A stretch of 64,000 nt of DNA from Isosphaeraceae bacterium (GTDB taxonomy: Bacteria; Planctomycetota; Planctomycetia; Isosphaerales; Isosphaeraceae): the NCBI GenBank assembly GCA_965201075.1, contig CBDAVP010000001.1, positions 62,001-126,000 of the forward strand, in the 5' to 3' direction. The notes below the pieces were generated by a model. That model had not been told where the DNA came from, made no database searches, and was given only the letters and a program-made list of their open reading frames with translations. Positions 29,546 to 39,985 of this stretch are shown piece by piece. The translations under genes and the position numbers were made by a program. The first letter of the stretch is position 1, and each line of letters starts with the position of its first letter.

Positions 29546-31012
29546 TCAGTTGGCCAGATCGGGGACGTCCTCGTCCTCAAGATCCTCCTCGTCGTCCTGG
29601 TCATCGAACTCGGCCGCGCGGTCGGAGGCTTCGGCGACCGCGGCCGCTTCCGCAACTTCGGATTGGGCCTTGGCGTCGCTGTGGTGGCCCACGGCAGGCT
29701 CGTCCGTGGGGGTCGCCGGGTCGAAGTGTCCCATCCAGCGGTTACGGAGAATTTCGACCGACTCGGCGAAGGTGGCCGCGTCCAGCCGCCCCATCACGTC
29801 CTGCCGCACCAGACCCAGCCTCAAGAGTTTGACCAGGGCGTCGGCCACGTCGAAGTCCAGCGTCAGGCCCGCGTGGGTTTTCAAATACGCCTCGATCGCC
29901 CGATCCAGCCGTTTGGCGGTCCAGGGCTCGCGCTCGTGAGGATGCTGCGCCAGGAACGCGAAGGCCAGCAGCGCTTCCTTGAACTCCTCCTCCTCGGCCG
30001 AGTCGATCAGGCGGTTGATGACGCTCGAATTGTTGGCCAGGGTCAGATAATAGAGGTGGCGAATCATCCGGTGCAGGTGTTCCTGCTTCTTGCGCTGAAA
30101 CCCGAAGAACGAGTTCATGCTGGCGGTGAACGGCGCGGCCATGATCGCCGCGAGGCTCCCTAGGGGCAGGGCGAACAAACCCGCGCCGCCACCCAGCAAG
30201 GTCGCCCCGACCAGCTTCATCAGAAACATGGGGATGCCGACCAACAGCGGCGAGGCGATCTGCGCTTTATCCACCTTGCGCATCCTGACGCGCGTCCCTT
30301 GCTCGGGCAGGTGCATCTCCATGTCGACGAAGGGGACGTCCTTGAACATCCGCAGGTACAGGACGTTGGTGTTGACATAGGTGTCCTTGAGCCGCTTCGC
30401 CCCCTGGCGAAACTTCAACGCGATGACCACCCGCCGGTATCCGTCGAAAACAATCTCCTTCTTGCGGAACCGGGTGGCGATGTTGCGGATCTTGCGGGTG
30501 ACCTTGGTCGCACCCCGGACGTAGACCCGCAGGTGCTCGAAGCTGTCGAAGTCGGGGACATAGTTGAGGCCCATCTCGTTGGGCGTCTCGATGGCGTGCT
30601 CCAGGACGTGGAACGCCAGGGGCTGATAGTTGGCCCGGATCAAGGCGACCTCGAAGGGGCCGAGGAACTGCTCGTCAACCTGCTCGGTCCGGGGCCGGGA
30701 GTGGCCGTCCAGGAAGGTGCATTCGGAGTCGGGGTCGATCGGGGCGTACAGTTCCTTCAGGTCGTCCAGCCAGACGTGAAACTCGTAGTGGAGGATCGAC
30801 CCCAGCAGGCGGAGGAAGTCGCTCAGGTGATCGCGGTCGTCGGGCGAGAGACCCGGCTCGGACATCAGCAAGCGAGCGAGGTCGCCAGTGTTCAGGGGGA
30901 TCGAGCGGTCGTAGGACTCGACCTTGAACAGCGTCTCATCGGGGACAGGCGAGCCGAAGCGGCTTCGATCGGCAGGGGGTGGGGAGGGGGCGGTCGCGGC
31001 GGCGGTGGCCAT
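29546..31012 (-). CDS. TMEM143/DUF3754 family protein
   Basis: LKELYAPIDPD, LRMFKDVPFVDMEMHLP, LYYLTLANNSSV..LIDSAEEEEFKEALLA, DFDVADALVKL. Confidence 0.8.
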   Translation of the reverse strand: MATAAATAPSPPPADRSRFGSPVPDETLFKVESYDRSIPLNTGDLARLLMSEPGLSPDDRDHLSDFLRLLGSILHYEFHVWLDDLKELYAPIDPDSECTFLDGHSRPRTEQVDEQFLGPFEVALIRANYQPLAFHVLEHAIETPNEMGLNYVPDFDSFEHLRVYVRGATKVTRKIRNIATRFRKKEIVFDGYRRVVIALKFRQGAKRLKDTYVNTNVLYLRMFKDVPFVDMEMHLPEQGTRVRMRKVDKAQIASPLLVGIPMFLMKLVGATLLGGGAGLFALPLGSLAAIMAAPFTASMNSFFGFQRKKQEHLHRMIRHLYYLTLANNSSVINRLIDSAEEEEFKEALLAFAFLAQHPHEREPWTAKRLDRAIEAYLKTHAGLTLDFDVADALVKLLRLGLVRQDVMGRLDAATFAESVEILRNRWMGHFDPATPTDEPAVGHHSDAKAQSEVAEAAAVAEASDRAAEFDDQDDEEDLEDEDVPDLAN

Positions 31013-31224
31013 CGAGTCTCCCAGAACACGGGGATGGCGCATCGCGACCGGGGTGGTCGCGACCGGCCCTCAGCTTCAGTATATCGCGGCGGCCCGGTCG
31101 ATCTTTGTTCGTGGTGATTCTTCCCCAAGACGTCCGTGCTGGCCGTCGAACCCCCGACAGTGGTAAGCTGCGGGGAACAGGGCGAGCGGATCGCCGAAGC
31201 GCAGGGCCGGGAGGCGGCTTCACC

Positions 31225-32250
31225 TTGGAAGGTTGGCGAGACGGACCCCTGGGAATCGGCGTCATCGGCCTGGGACGCTTGTGGGAGTCGCGGCACCGCC
31301 CCGCCCTGGCCCGCCCAGGGGGCCGGTTCCGGGTCGCGGCGGTCTTCGACCAGGTCGCCCGACGCGCCAACGTCGAGGCCGCCCGACTCCGTTGCGTCGC
31401 TTCGGTCGGGCTGGCTCAACTGGTGGAACGCCCAGACGTCCACGCGGTGTATCTTCTCGATCCGCAATGGTTTGGGCTGCACCCTGCGCTCCTGGCCCGA
31501 CGCCTGGGCAAGCCGGTTTACTGTGCCCCACCGCTGGCCGCCGACCCCCCGGCACTGGCCGAACTCGCGGCCGACCGATCCGAATCCCCCCCGTTTACCC
31601 CCGAACTCGCCCGCCGCCTTTACCCGTCCACCCTTCGCCTTCGAGAGCTGCTGGCGACCACCCTCGGACCCGTCCGATCCATCGAGGGGTTCAGCCGAGT
31701 GGCCGACTTCGACCGCAACGCCGAACCCGGACCAGCCACCCAGCTTGCCCACCTCCCCCTGACAATCGACCCCGGTGCGAGCCTCCTCGATTGGTGCCGA
31801 TGGGTCATCGGGGCCGAACCGGTCGCCCTGACCGCCGAGTCCGGGACGGCCGAATCGGTGGACGCTCCGGCGGCCGGCAGGGATTCGGCCGGGTTTCTGG
31901 CCGAGTTCCCGGGAGGGGCCACGGCCCGCATCTCCTACCGTCGCCCCGTGCGGGATGAATCAGCGCAACTCTCAATCCGTCCGGGCTTTCGCGTGATTGC
32001 CGAGGAAGGCTCGGCATTCGTGGAGCCGCCCGACCGGGTTCACTGGATCGACGCCGCGGGTCTCTCCCACGACGAACATTTGACGGCTGGCCCCGGGCTG
32101 GGCGAGGCCCTCAACGACCAGTTCCTGCGACACCTCCAGGGCGAACCGTCGCTGGCCCCGACCCTGGCCGACGCCCTGGCCGTCGCCCGGCTGGCCAGGG
32201 CACTGGAGCAAGGGCGCCGAGAGGGACGCCGGGTCTCGCTGGAGGGGTGA
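31225..32250 (+). CDS. Gfo/Idh/MocA family oxidoreductase-like protein (degenerate)
   Basis: IGVIGLG Rossmann start, LVERPDVHAV, GKPVYC; GGGAGG before TTG 31225. Confidence 0.75.
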   Translation: MEGWRDGPLGIGVIGLGRLWESRHRPALARPGGRFRVAAVFDQVARRANVEAARLRCVASVGLAQLVERPDVHAVYLLDPQWFGLHPALLARRLGKPVYCAPPLAADPPALAELAADRSESPPFTPELARRLYPSTLRLRELLATTLGPVRSIEGFSRVADFDRNAEPGPATQLAHLPLTIDPGASLLDWCRWVIGAEPVALTAESGTAESVDAPAAGRDSAGFLAEFPGGATARISYRRPVRDESAQLSIRPGFRVIAEEGSAFVEPPDRVHWIDAAGLSHDEHLTAGPGLGEALNDQFLRHLQGEPSLAPTLADALAVARLARALEQGRREGRRVSLEG

Positions 32251-33929
32251 TCGCGATGCTTCCTCGCTGGACCTGGCCGGCGTTGACGGTCGCTGGCGGA
32301 CTGCTCGGCCTGGGCCTGACCGCCGACGCGGCCCTGCGCGGCGGCCCCACCTACGACGAGCCGGCGTATCTCCGCGTCGCCGCTCGCTGGTGGCGTACCG
32401 GCGACCAGTCGGCCATCACCCGGATGGGTTCGCCCCTGACCTTCTGGAAGTGGCAGCAGGTCCCCACCTTGTGGTGGCTCGACCATTCCGGGCGAGGGAC
32501 CTGGATCGACGACCCAATGGGGCACCAGGCCGAGTTGTTGACGGCGACGAGGCTGGGGGCCTTGCCGGTCTGGCTGTTGGCGTACGTCCTGACAACCTTT
32601 TGGGCCCGGCAACTCCACGGTCCCCCAGCGATGGCCCTGGCCGGGGCCCTGTTCGCCCTGAGCCCCAACCTGATCGCCCACGGGTCCCTCGTGACGATGG
32701 AAACGCCGCTGGTCGCCGCCACGGCCGGGGTGTTCTGGATGGCCTGGAAGTTCCTGGAGACCGGCCGGGCCGCCTGGGGGTTGGCGAGCGCCGCGGCGTG
32801 CGGCCTGGCGTTCTCCTGCAAGTTCACGGCGATTTTGTTCCCGCCGATTTTGGCCCTGGCGTGGTGGATGGAGTTACGAAGGGCCGGTCGTCCGTGGATC
32901 GAGACGTTGCGACGGGTGGTCCTGGGGATGCTGGCGTTCTTGCTGGTGATGGCGCTGGCGGATGGGGTCGTCACCGGGTTCGCGACAATTGAGCCCAGCG
33001 AGCGGTTGGGACAGGCGCATCCGTCGATGGCCCACCTGCCGCCTTGGCTCGGGCCGATCGTCCGCCGGTTGGTCGAGAGACCCTGGCCACAAGATTGGGT
33101 CGGGTTCGCCAACCAGATGCGTCACCAGCGCCACGGCGGCCCGAGCTACCTGCTGGGCGAGCGCCGCCTGACTGGCTGGTGGTATTACTACCTGGTGGCC
33201 CTGGCGGTGAAGGTGCCGCTGTCGGTTGGCTTGCTGGTCGTCGCCCGGCTGGTGCAGGACCGCAAGGCGGGCGCGACCTCGGGGGACCGCCTGGCCCTGC
33301 TGGGAATCGTCGCGACCCTGGCGATCACCTCGGCCGGCTCGACCCGCAACTACGGGTTTCGCTACCTATTAGTAGTGGCGCCGCTGGCGATTGTCTGGCT
33401 CTCGGGGCTAACCAAGGGGCACCGGGCGTTTCGGGTCATCGCGGTGCTGGGCGTGCTGGGACAGGCGTGGGCGGTCGGTTCGATCCATCCCCACGAGTTG
33501 TCGTACTTCAACGACCTGGCCGGCGGGCCGGTGGGGGGGCGGTCGATCCTGGCCGATTCCTGTCTCGACTGGGGGCAGGGGGCCCGGTCGCTCGCCCGGC
33601 TTCAACAGGCCCACCCGGAATACCGAGATCTGACCCTCTACCAGTTCGGCGACCCCGAAGTGGCCCCTGGGCAATTCGGGGTCGTGGGCCGCATCCACAT
33701 CATCGACGCCTCGGATCGTCACCCGGGTCTACCCGCCCGATTCTCGGCCGAAACGCGGTTCGTGGCCGTCTCGGCATCGTTGCGCTGGGGACCTTGGGGA
33801 CCGCCCGACTATTTCGCCGCTCTGGACGGGGTGGCTTATGAAACCCTTACCGACGACGCCACCATCGCCATTTACCGAACCGCCCAGGTCGGCCACCCGC
33901 AATTCCGGGAACGTCACATGGACAAGTGA
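32247..33929 (+). CDS. ArnT/PMT family GT-C glycosyltransferase
   Basis: [21 protein letters not shown], many TM helices, [16 protein letters not shown]. Confidence 0.85.
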   Translation: MIAMLPRWTWPALTVAGGLLGLGLTADAALRGGPTYDEPAYLRVAARWWRTGDQSAITRMGSPLTFWKWQQVPTLWWLDHSGRGTWIDDPMGHQAELLTATRLGALPVWLLAYVLTTFWARQLHGPPAMALAGALFALSPNLIAHGSLVTMETPLVAATAGVFWMAWKFLETGRAAWGLASAAACGLAFSCKFTAILFPPILALAWWMELRRAGRPWIETLRRVVLGMLAFLLVMALADGVVTGFATIEPSERLGQAHPSMAHLPPWLGPIVRRLVERPWPQDWVGFANQMRHQRHGGPSYLLGERRLTGWWYYYLVALAVKVPLSVGLLVVARLVQDRKAGATSGDRLALLGIVATLAITSAGSTRNYGFRYLLVVAPLAIVWLSGLTKGHRAFRVIAVLGVLGQAWAVGSIHPHELSYFNDLAGGPVGGRSILADSCLDWGQGARSLARLQQAHPEYRDLTLYQFGDPEVAPGQFGVVGRIHIIDASDRHPGLPARFSAETRFVAVSASLRWGPWGPPDYFAALDGVAYETLTDDATIAIYRTAQVGHPQFRERHMDK

Positions 33930-34116
33930 TCCAGGGCGATCCCCGCGTCAGATCGTTTCACGGAAGGACGCACGCGTTTGCCAGATCATGGCCGAGGTTC
34001 CCTCGGCGACTCCCCCACGAGCGGCTAGAATTAAGAAAACCTGTCACGATGGTCCGGCGCCCCTCCCCCGGCCGAAACCCTCTCGTATCTCGCTCGCGAC
34101 GTGGAAAGGTCCGGAA

Positions 34117-36105
34117 TTGCCCAGCGAATCGACGCCCGACAAGATTTTGGAAGCGGCCGACCCATCCGCCTATGACGTGCAAACCTCGGCCGACGGCCCG
34201 GTGGGCGAACTCCCCTTGACCGACGAGATGCTGAGGGGCTGGTCCTCGGGCGACCTCTTTGGCCTCACGCAGGACGTCGGCATGGGCTGGCCGGCCGCTC
34301 GGGTCGGCGGCGATGAGTTTTTGATCCTCTCGACCCAGGGAGGCATTCGCGGACCCAATGGCGAGCCGATCGCCCTCGGCTATCACACCGGTCACTGGGA
34401 AGTCGGCCTGCTGGCCCGGGCCGCCGCCGAGGAGTTGCGGGCCTCGGGAGCCGTGCCGTATGCCGGCGCGGTTTCCGACCCCTGCGACGGCCGCACGCAG
34501 GGCACCCCCGGCATGATGGACAGCCTGCCGTATCGCAACGACGCGGCGATTGTCCTGCGGCGTTTGATCCGTTCTCTTCCGAGGCGCAAGGGGGTCCTCG
34601 GCGTCGCCACCTGCGACAAGGGGTTGCCGGCGATGATGCTGGCCCTGGCCTCGATGCGCGACCTGCCCGGGGTGATCGTTCCCGGAGGTGTGACCCTGCC
34701 GCCGCGATCGGGAGAGGACGCCGGCAAGGTCCAGTCGATCGGGGCCAGGTATTCGCGCGGGGAACTGTCGCTGAAGGAAGCCGCCGAGGCCGGTTGCCGG
34801 GCCTGCGCCAGTCCCGGAGGCGGCTGCCAGTTCCTGGGGACCGCCGCCACGGCGCAGGTCGTCGCCGAGGCGTTGGGCATGGCCATGCCCCATTCGGCGC
34901 TGGCCCCCTCGGGACAACCGATCTGGACCGACGTCGCCCGACGCTCCGCCCGAGCCGTTCGGGCCCTGGCGGCGGCCGGAGTGGGAATGGGCCAGATCCT
35001 GACCGATGCCTCGCTGCGCAACGCGATGGCGGTCCACGCGGCCTTCGGCGGCTCGACCAACCTTTTGCTGCACATCCCGGCGATCGCCTTCGCCGCCGGG
35101 TTGCGACGGCCGACGGTGGCCGACTGGCACGACGTCAACGTCCGCGTCCCCCGACTGGTCAGCGTCCTGCCCAACGGCCCTGACTTCCATCCCACCGTCC
35201 GCGTCTTCCTGGCCGGCGGCGTGCCCGAGGTCATGCTCCACCTGCGAGACCTGAACCTCCTCGACGAATCGGCCCACACCGTCGCCGGATTCCCCCTGGG
35301 CCGAATTCTCGACGCCTGGGCGACCTCCGACCGCCGCAACCGCTTGCGAGATCGTCTGTTCGACCAGGACGGGGTCGACCCCGAAAGTGTGATCCTCCCC
35401 CCCTCGGTCGCCCACCAGCGGGGTTTGACCAGCACGGTGACGTTTCCGGTGGGGAACCTCGCCCCCAAAGGCTCCGTCATCAAGAGCACGGCCATCGACC
35501 CCACCGTCGTCGACGCCGACGGCGTGTATCGCAAGGAAGGGCCAGCGCGGGTCTTCACCACCGAGCGAGCGGCGGTCGCGGCGATCAAGGCCGGCGAGAT
35601 CGAGCCCGGCGACGTCGTCGTCCTGATGGGTCGCGGGCCGATCGGCGCGGGGATGGAGGAGATTTACCAGGTCACCTCGGCGTTGAAATATTTGCCCTTC
35701 GGCAAGCACGTGGCAGTTGTGACCGACGCCCGGTTTTCGGGGGTTTCCACCGGCGCCTGCCTCGGCCACGTCGGTCCCGAGGCGCTGGCCGGCGGACCAC
35801 TGGGCAAGGTGCGGGAGGGCGACCGCATCCGGATCATCGTCGATCGCGAGCGGCTGGTGGGCTCGGTCGACATGGTCGGCGCCGAGGGACGGATGTTCGA
35901 TCCCGACGAGGGGGCCAGAGTCCTCGAATCGCGGTCGCCCCACCCCGGCCTCGTCCCCGACCCGGCCTTGCCCGACGACACCCGGCTCTGGGCGGCCTTG
36001 CAGGCCGAGGGAGGCGGCACCTGGGGCGGTTGCGTTTACGACCCCGACGCGATCCTCGCGGCGCTGGCTCGCGGTCGGATTCGGAACCGCGACGATGCCG
36101 GCTGA
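34117..36105 (+). CDS. YjhG/YagF family D-xylonate dehydratase (IlvD/Edd family)
   Basis: [48 protein letters not shown] 34117 after AAAGG. Confidence 0.88.
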   Translation: MPSESTPDKILEAADPSAYDVQTSADGPVGELPLTDEMLRGWSSGDLFGLTQDVGMGWPAARVGGDEFLILSTQGGIRGPNGEPIALGYHTGHWEVGLLARAAAEELRASGAVPYAGAVSDPCDGRTQGTPGMMDSLPYRNDAAIVLRRLIRSLPRRKGVLGVATCDKGLPAMMLALASMRDLPGVIVPGGVTLPPRSGEDAGKVQSIGARYSRGELSLKEAAEAGCRACASPGGGCQFLGTAATAQVVAEALGMAMPHSALAPSGQPIWTDVARRSARAVRALAAAGVGMGQILTDASLRNAMAVHAAFGGSTNLLLHIPAIAFAAGLRRPTVADWHDVNVRVPRLVSVLPNGPDFHPTVRVFLAGGVPEVMLHLRDLNLLDESAHTVAGFPLGRILDAWATSDRRNRLRDRLFDQDGVDPESVILPPSVAHQRGLTSTVTFPVGNLAPKGSVIKSTAIDPTVVDADGVYRKEGPARVFTTERAAVAAIKAGEIEPGDVVVLMGRGPIGAGMEEIYQVTSALKYLPFGKHVAVVTDARFSGVSTGACLGHVGPEALAGGPLGKVREGDRIRIIVDRERLVGSVDMVGAEGRMFDPDEGARVLESRSPHPGLVPDPALPDDTRLWAALQAEGGGTWGGCVYDPDAILAALARGRIRNRDDAG

Positions 36106-36673
36106 ACGGCCCACCCGCGAGCAGGTCGCCGCCGCGTTTGGCCGGACCGTCCCCGACCTGATCGGCCCGGGGTTGCGGGTTCTGTTTTGCGGCATCAACC
36201 CGAGCCTGTATTCCGCGGCCGTGGGCCACCACTTCGCCCGACCGGGCAACCGGTTCTGGCCAACCTTGCACGCCTCGGGGTTCACCCCCCGGCGGTTCGA
36301 CCCAACGGAAGGGGCCTCGCTGCTGGACCTGGAATTCGGGATCACCAACGTCGTGGATCGCGCCACGGCCACCGCCGCCGAACTGTCGCGAGAGGAATTC
36401 GTCGAAGGGGGCCACTCGTTATCGAGGAAGGTGGCGAGGAACCGGCCGACGATCCTGGCGGTCCTGGGGATCACCGCCTTCCGAGCCGCGTTCGGCCAAC
36501 CCGACGCCCGTCCGGGACGCCAGCCCGAAACCATCGGCAAGGCCGAAGTCTGGGTCTTGCCCAACCCCAGCGGCCTGAACGCTCACTACCAGGCCGCGGC
36601 CCTTGCCAACGCCTTCGCCGAAGTTCGCCAGGCGGCCGAGGGACGATCCGCCGACGCCGACACTTCGTCGTAG
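36095..36673 (+). CDS. mug: G/U mismatch-specific uracil DNA glycosylase
   Basis: [26 protein letters not shown]. Confidence 0.93.
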   Translation: MPAERPTREQVAAAFGRTVPDLIGPGLRVLFCGINPSLYSAAVGHHFARPGNRFWPTLHASGFTPRRFDPTEGASLLDLEFGITNVVDRATATAAELSREEFVEGGHSLSRKVARNRPTILAVLGITAFRAAFGQPDARPGRQPETIGKAEVWVLPNPSGLNAHYQAAALANAFAEVRQAAEGRSADADTSS

Positions 36674-36981
36674 GACTGTCCAGGACGCCGGCGGGTGACA
36701 GTGGCCTCAGCCTCGCCGACCTCGTTGGCCGGGTGGGACTTGCATCCACGGGAGATCCGCGACTTCTCCATGCGGACAAACACGTCTGACTCCAATGGCG
36801 TGCGAACGCACCAAAGTGACCCCAGCGAAGCGCCGAGTGGCAATCGCGGGGACGGGGCCGGAATTTCGGGGTCGACGGGTCGCGCCGATTGTGGCAATTC
36901 TCTCGCCGCGGCATTCCCGACGCCGATGATAATCCCAGGCGTGGACGGCGACCGGGCCCATCCAACTCAAGGGGCGATGAC

Positions 36982-37542
36982 GTGGGACAGATTTCGAGCA
37001 GCGGGCAGCAGGTCGTCGTGGCCACCCGAGGCCTGCCCCTGCCGCGGACGCGGTGGGCCATCGTCGGCTTCATGGTCGGCGTTGCGACCTGGGCGGTCGT
37101 CGGCGGCGACCCCAGCAGCCAAAAGGTTGTCGCGGCAAAGTCGCCGGCCTCCGAGACGGCAAGCAGCCCCGTGGTTCGGGCCGCCCTCATGGTGCGGAAT
37201 AAGGTCCAGGACGCATCCTCGGCCGTGCGTGATCAGCTCGACGACGTCCGGGAGTCCGCCCACAGGCATTCCCTCGGTTCGGCCGTCGAGGACCGCCTGG
37301 TCCAGGACGGGTCAATCGACGTCGCTCGCATCGAGGTCGATTGCCAAGGGGAGGGCGCGGTCGCGCTCAAGGGCTCGGTCGCGGACGCGGACGCCAAGGA
37401 ATATGCCGTGGAGGTCGCCCGCGCGACTCCCGGGGTGACGCGTGTCGAAGACCACCTCGCGATCCCCCCGGCCCCCCGGATCTTCGACACCCCGGTAGCC
37501 GAGGAGGCCTCCGCGCCACGCTCCTCCCGACGGCTGCGATGA
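36982..37542 (+). CDS. BON domain membrane protein
   Basis: N-terminal TM, VEDRL..IEV..GAVALKGSV..AVEVARATPGVTRVEDHL. Confidence 0.85.
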   Translation: MGQISSSGQQVVVATRGLPLPRTRWAIVGFMVGVATWAVVGGDPSSQKVVAAKSPASETASSPVVRAALMVRNKVQDASSAVRDQLDDVRESAHRHSLGSAVEDRLVQDGSIDVARIEVDCQGEGAVALKGSVADADAKEYAVEVARATPGVTRVEDHLAIPPAPRIFDTPVAEEASAPRSSRRLR

Positions 37543-37566
37543 TGGTGAAACTTCGCTCATGACAAA

Positions 37567-37597
37567 GCCCCGGTCCCCCTCGCGAGGGGCCCGGGGC
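37567..37597 (+). terminator. Hairpin after the BON gene
   Basis: gccccgg...ccggggc stem around a cctcgcgagggg core; weak U tract. Confidence 0.45.
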
Positions 37598-37694
37598 CGG
37601 TCAGGAAAGGGCCTGGCAGAGAAAAACGAGGTTGAGATCGGTTATCGGTACTTTTGTTCTCATTCAATTTTCAAAATAAGACAAAAGCGACTCC

Positions 37695-37709
37695 TGGCCC
37701 CATTTTTGC
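37695..37709 (+). promoter_or_regulatory. Candidate sigma54 promoter
   Basis: TGGCCCCATTTTTGC with an AT-rich stretch upstream, 38 nt before ATG 37747. Confidence 0.5.
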
Positions 37710-37746
37710 CCTCCGAAGCGTTGGCACAAGATCGAGGGGAGGAACC

Positions 37747-38082
37747 ATGCCGACAGCGGTCAGCACCGCAAAGACGACGTCGGGCGGGTTCTTCCGGATG
37801 ATCTCCGTCCCGTTGGCCATCCAGAGCGCAGGAATGCTTCTGTGGGTCGTCATCGCGAAATCCGTCGAATCACGCCTCGGGGGCGACGTGGGGGGGGGCC
37901 AGGTTTCCGGCGATTGTGCTCCTCTGGGCTCTCGGCGTGGGCATGGTCTTCACTCTGTGCGCCGCGACTCGGCGTCAGCGTCAGAACGGTTCAAGGTGGG
38001 GCTCAGGCTTTGCCCTGGCTCGTGGGTCTTCTCACCGAAGGGGCATGCCTCGATCCGTCGACACGTGAAGTCCTTGTCGTAG
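37747..38082 (+). CDS. Small membrane protein, possibly frameshifted at a G9 tract
   Basis: GGAGG RBS, hydrophobic ISVPLAIQSAGMLLWVVIA; a second hydrophobic helix lies in another frame after G9 (37890-37898). Confidence 0.45.
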   Translation: MPTAVSTAKTTSGGFFRMISVPLAIQSAGMLLWVVIAKSVESRLGGDVGGGQVSGDCAPLGSRRGHGLHSVRRDSASASERFKVGLRLCPGSWVFSPKGHASIRRHVKSLS

Positions 38083-38294
38083 CGACGGCACTCCGTCCTC
38101 GCGAAACGCCCGAGCTGGTGTTGCCCCTTGAGTTGGAGGTTTCGCGGTTCCCGCTCCGGGATCTGGGCGCTTTACGGCGAAATTGTGGTAAAATGCGATG
38201 ATGGGATCGTCCCGTCGGCCGGCCGCTGACGAGTTCCCCGCCCGTCGCATCCGAGCGAGCGCCCGCCCGGCCCCTTCTGGATCGGAGCACGTCG

Positions 38295-39878
38295 ATGGCC
38301 CAGTTTTACACCTTGGAAGAGGCGGCTCGCGTCCTCGGCATGGGCCCCGACGAGTTGGCCCAGAAAGCCCAGAACCGTGAGGTCCGTGGCTTCATGGACG
38401 GCGGCACCTGGCAGTTCCGCACCTCCGATGTCGACGAGTTGGCCAGGCGGTTGGGACAGGGGAGCGACGCCGACCTTTCGCTCTCGGACCTGGACGTTCC
38501 CGCCGTCCGGAGTGCCGACGTGGACGCGGGCGACGACTTCGACCTGTCCGACTTCCACCTTGACCCCGTCGACGACGCCCCGTCCTCGGCCGGCGAGCAT
38601 GAGATTCTGCTGGACGAGGCGACCTTGCCGCCCCCGCCGGTGGGCAAATCGAGCTCGACGATCCTGGGTCCCGACCCGGCCACCGAGGCCCCCTCCAGCA
38701 GTGGCGGAATCTTCCCCGGGGCCTCGGACATCAGCCTGTCGCCGGTCGACTCGGTCGTCAGCCCGTCTCCGGCGGCTCCGACGGCGAAGGCGGTGAGCGA
38801 TTCCGACGTGTCGCTGGCCCCGGCGGGGCCGTCGCCGGGTCCGGGTGGTTCGAATATTCGACTGGTCCCTTCGTCCTCGGGGCTAAGTGACTCGGACGTC
38901 ACGCTGTTCCACGAGGGCTCGTCATCCGACACCGGCCTGGGGCTAACGCCGGCGCCCGGCTCACCCCGGGTGGTGCATCCTCCCGGCTCGTCGGCCGAGA
39001 TCCGCGCCGCGGGCCAGCCGACCGAGGCCTACGACGAGGACAGCGACTTTGAACTTTCGGCCAGCGGATCGCTACCGGACGAAGGGAGCGATTTCGAACT
39101 CACCGCGCTCGACTCGGTCGATGACTTCGACGTGACGCCGCGGTCTCCGGCGGCCAGCGACATCACCGGGTTCCTCCCCTCGGCCTCGGGCATCGACCTG
39201 GCCCGTCCTAGCGACTCGGGCATTAATCTCCAGGGGTCCAGCGGCCTGAACCCGCACCTCTCGGGCCTCTCGCGATCACCAGGCCCCAAGGCGACCCCCG
39301 CGTCCGATCTGCTTTCGGCCACCAGCCTGCCCAGCCCCGGCGAGAAGAATCTCTTCGACGACACCGACTTCGAGGTCGACGCGATCGACTCCGACGACGG
39401 TCGAACGGTGCAACTGGACGCGGCCAGCGATTTCGACCTCGACGAGGCCGGCAGCGATCACACCTCCGAGGTGTTCGCCGTCGACGAGGACAACGTCGAC
39501 GTCAACGCGGCCACGGCGCTGGGAGCGTCGCCGGCTGGTCTTTCCTCGTCCAGTGGCGGGGTCGCGGCGGATTGGTCCGACGACTCCTCCGCGGCCGCCG
39601 GCGCCTTGCGTCCCCGAGGCGGCGAGCGGGAAGAGTCCGTCGCGGTGGCCGCTGTCGAGGATGACAGCACCGTGGCCCCGGCGGTCCGCCTGTCCTCGGC
39701 CTCCGCGGCGCCCGCCGAGTGGGGCGGCCTGTGGGTCGGCCTGCTGGGGGTGGCCACCATTACCACCGCCATCCTGGCTTTTGTCTGCATGGACCTGGCC
39801 CTCAACGTCCGGGCCGGTCGCGGTGGGGCCGGCTATTACGGCCTGGCCAAGCAGTTGGCTGGCATGCTCGGAAGCTGA
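38295..39878 (+). CDS. Excisionase/MerR-like HTH protein with long acidic linker and C-terminal TM helix
   Basis: FYTLEEAARVLG..GTWQFR..DVDEL; Asp/Ser-rich repeats; WGGLWVGLLGVATITTAILAFV. Confidence 0.85.
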   Translation: MAQFYTLEEAARVLGMGPDELAQKAQNREVRGFMDGGTWQFRTSDVDELARRLGQGSDADLSLSDLDVPAVRSADVDAGDDFDLSDFHLDPVDDAPSSAGEHEILLDEATLPPPPVGKSSSTILGPDPATEAPSSSGGIFPGASDISLSPVDSVVSPSPAAPTAKAVSDSDVSLAPAGPSPGPGGSNIRLVPSSSGLSDSDVTLFHEGSSSDTGLGLTPAPGSPRVVHPPGSSAEIRAAGQPTEAYDEDSDFELSASGSLPDEGSDFELTALDSVDDFDVTPRSPAASDITGFLPSASGIDLARPSDSGINLQGSSGLNPHLSGLSRSPGPKATPASDLLSATSLPSPGEKNLFDDTDFEVDAIDSDDGRTVQLDAASDFDLDEAGSDHTSEVFAVDEDNVDVNAATALGASPAGLSSSSGGVAADWSDDSSAAAGALRPRGGEREESVAVAAVEDDSTVAPAVRLSSASAAPAEWGGLWVGLLGVATITTAILAFVCMDLALNVRAGRGGAGYYGLAKQLAGMLGS

Positions 39879-39985
39879 CCCGAGCTTTTCCCAAGCGAAC
39901 CGGCCGGGCTGACGTCATGGCGTCAGGCCGGCCGGTCGTGTTTTGGGAATCGCCGTGGGTCGCCGGATCAGGACCCGGCCTCGGT

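Noticed and set aside
33958..36564. 868-aa minus-strand ORF (likewise 57691-60258, 54698-56977, 27854-30163, 61518-63410)
   Set aside because: Antisense shadows of well-supported genes; no motifs.
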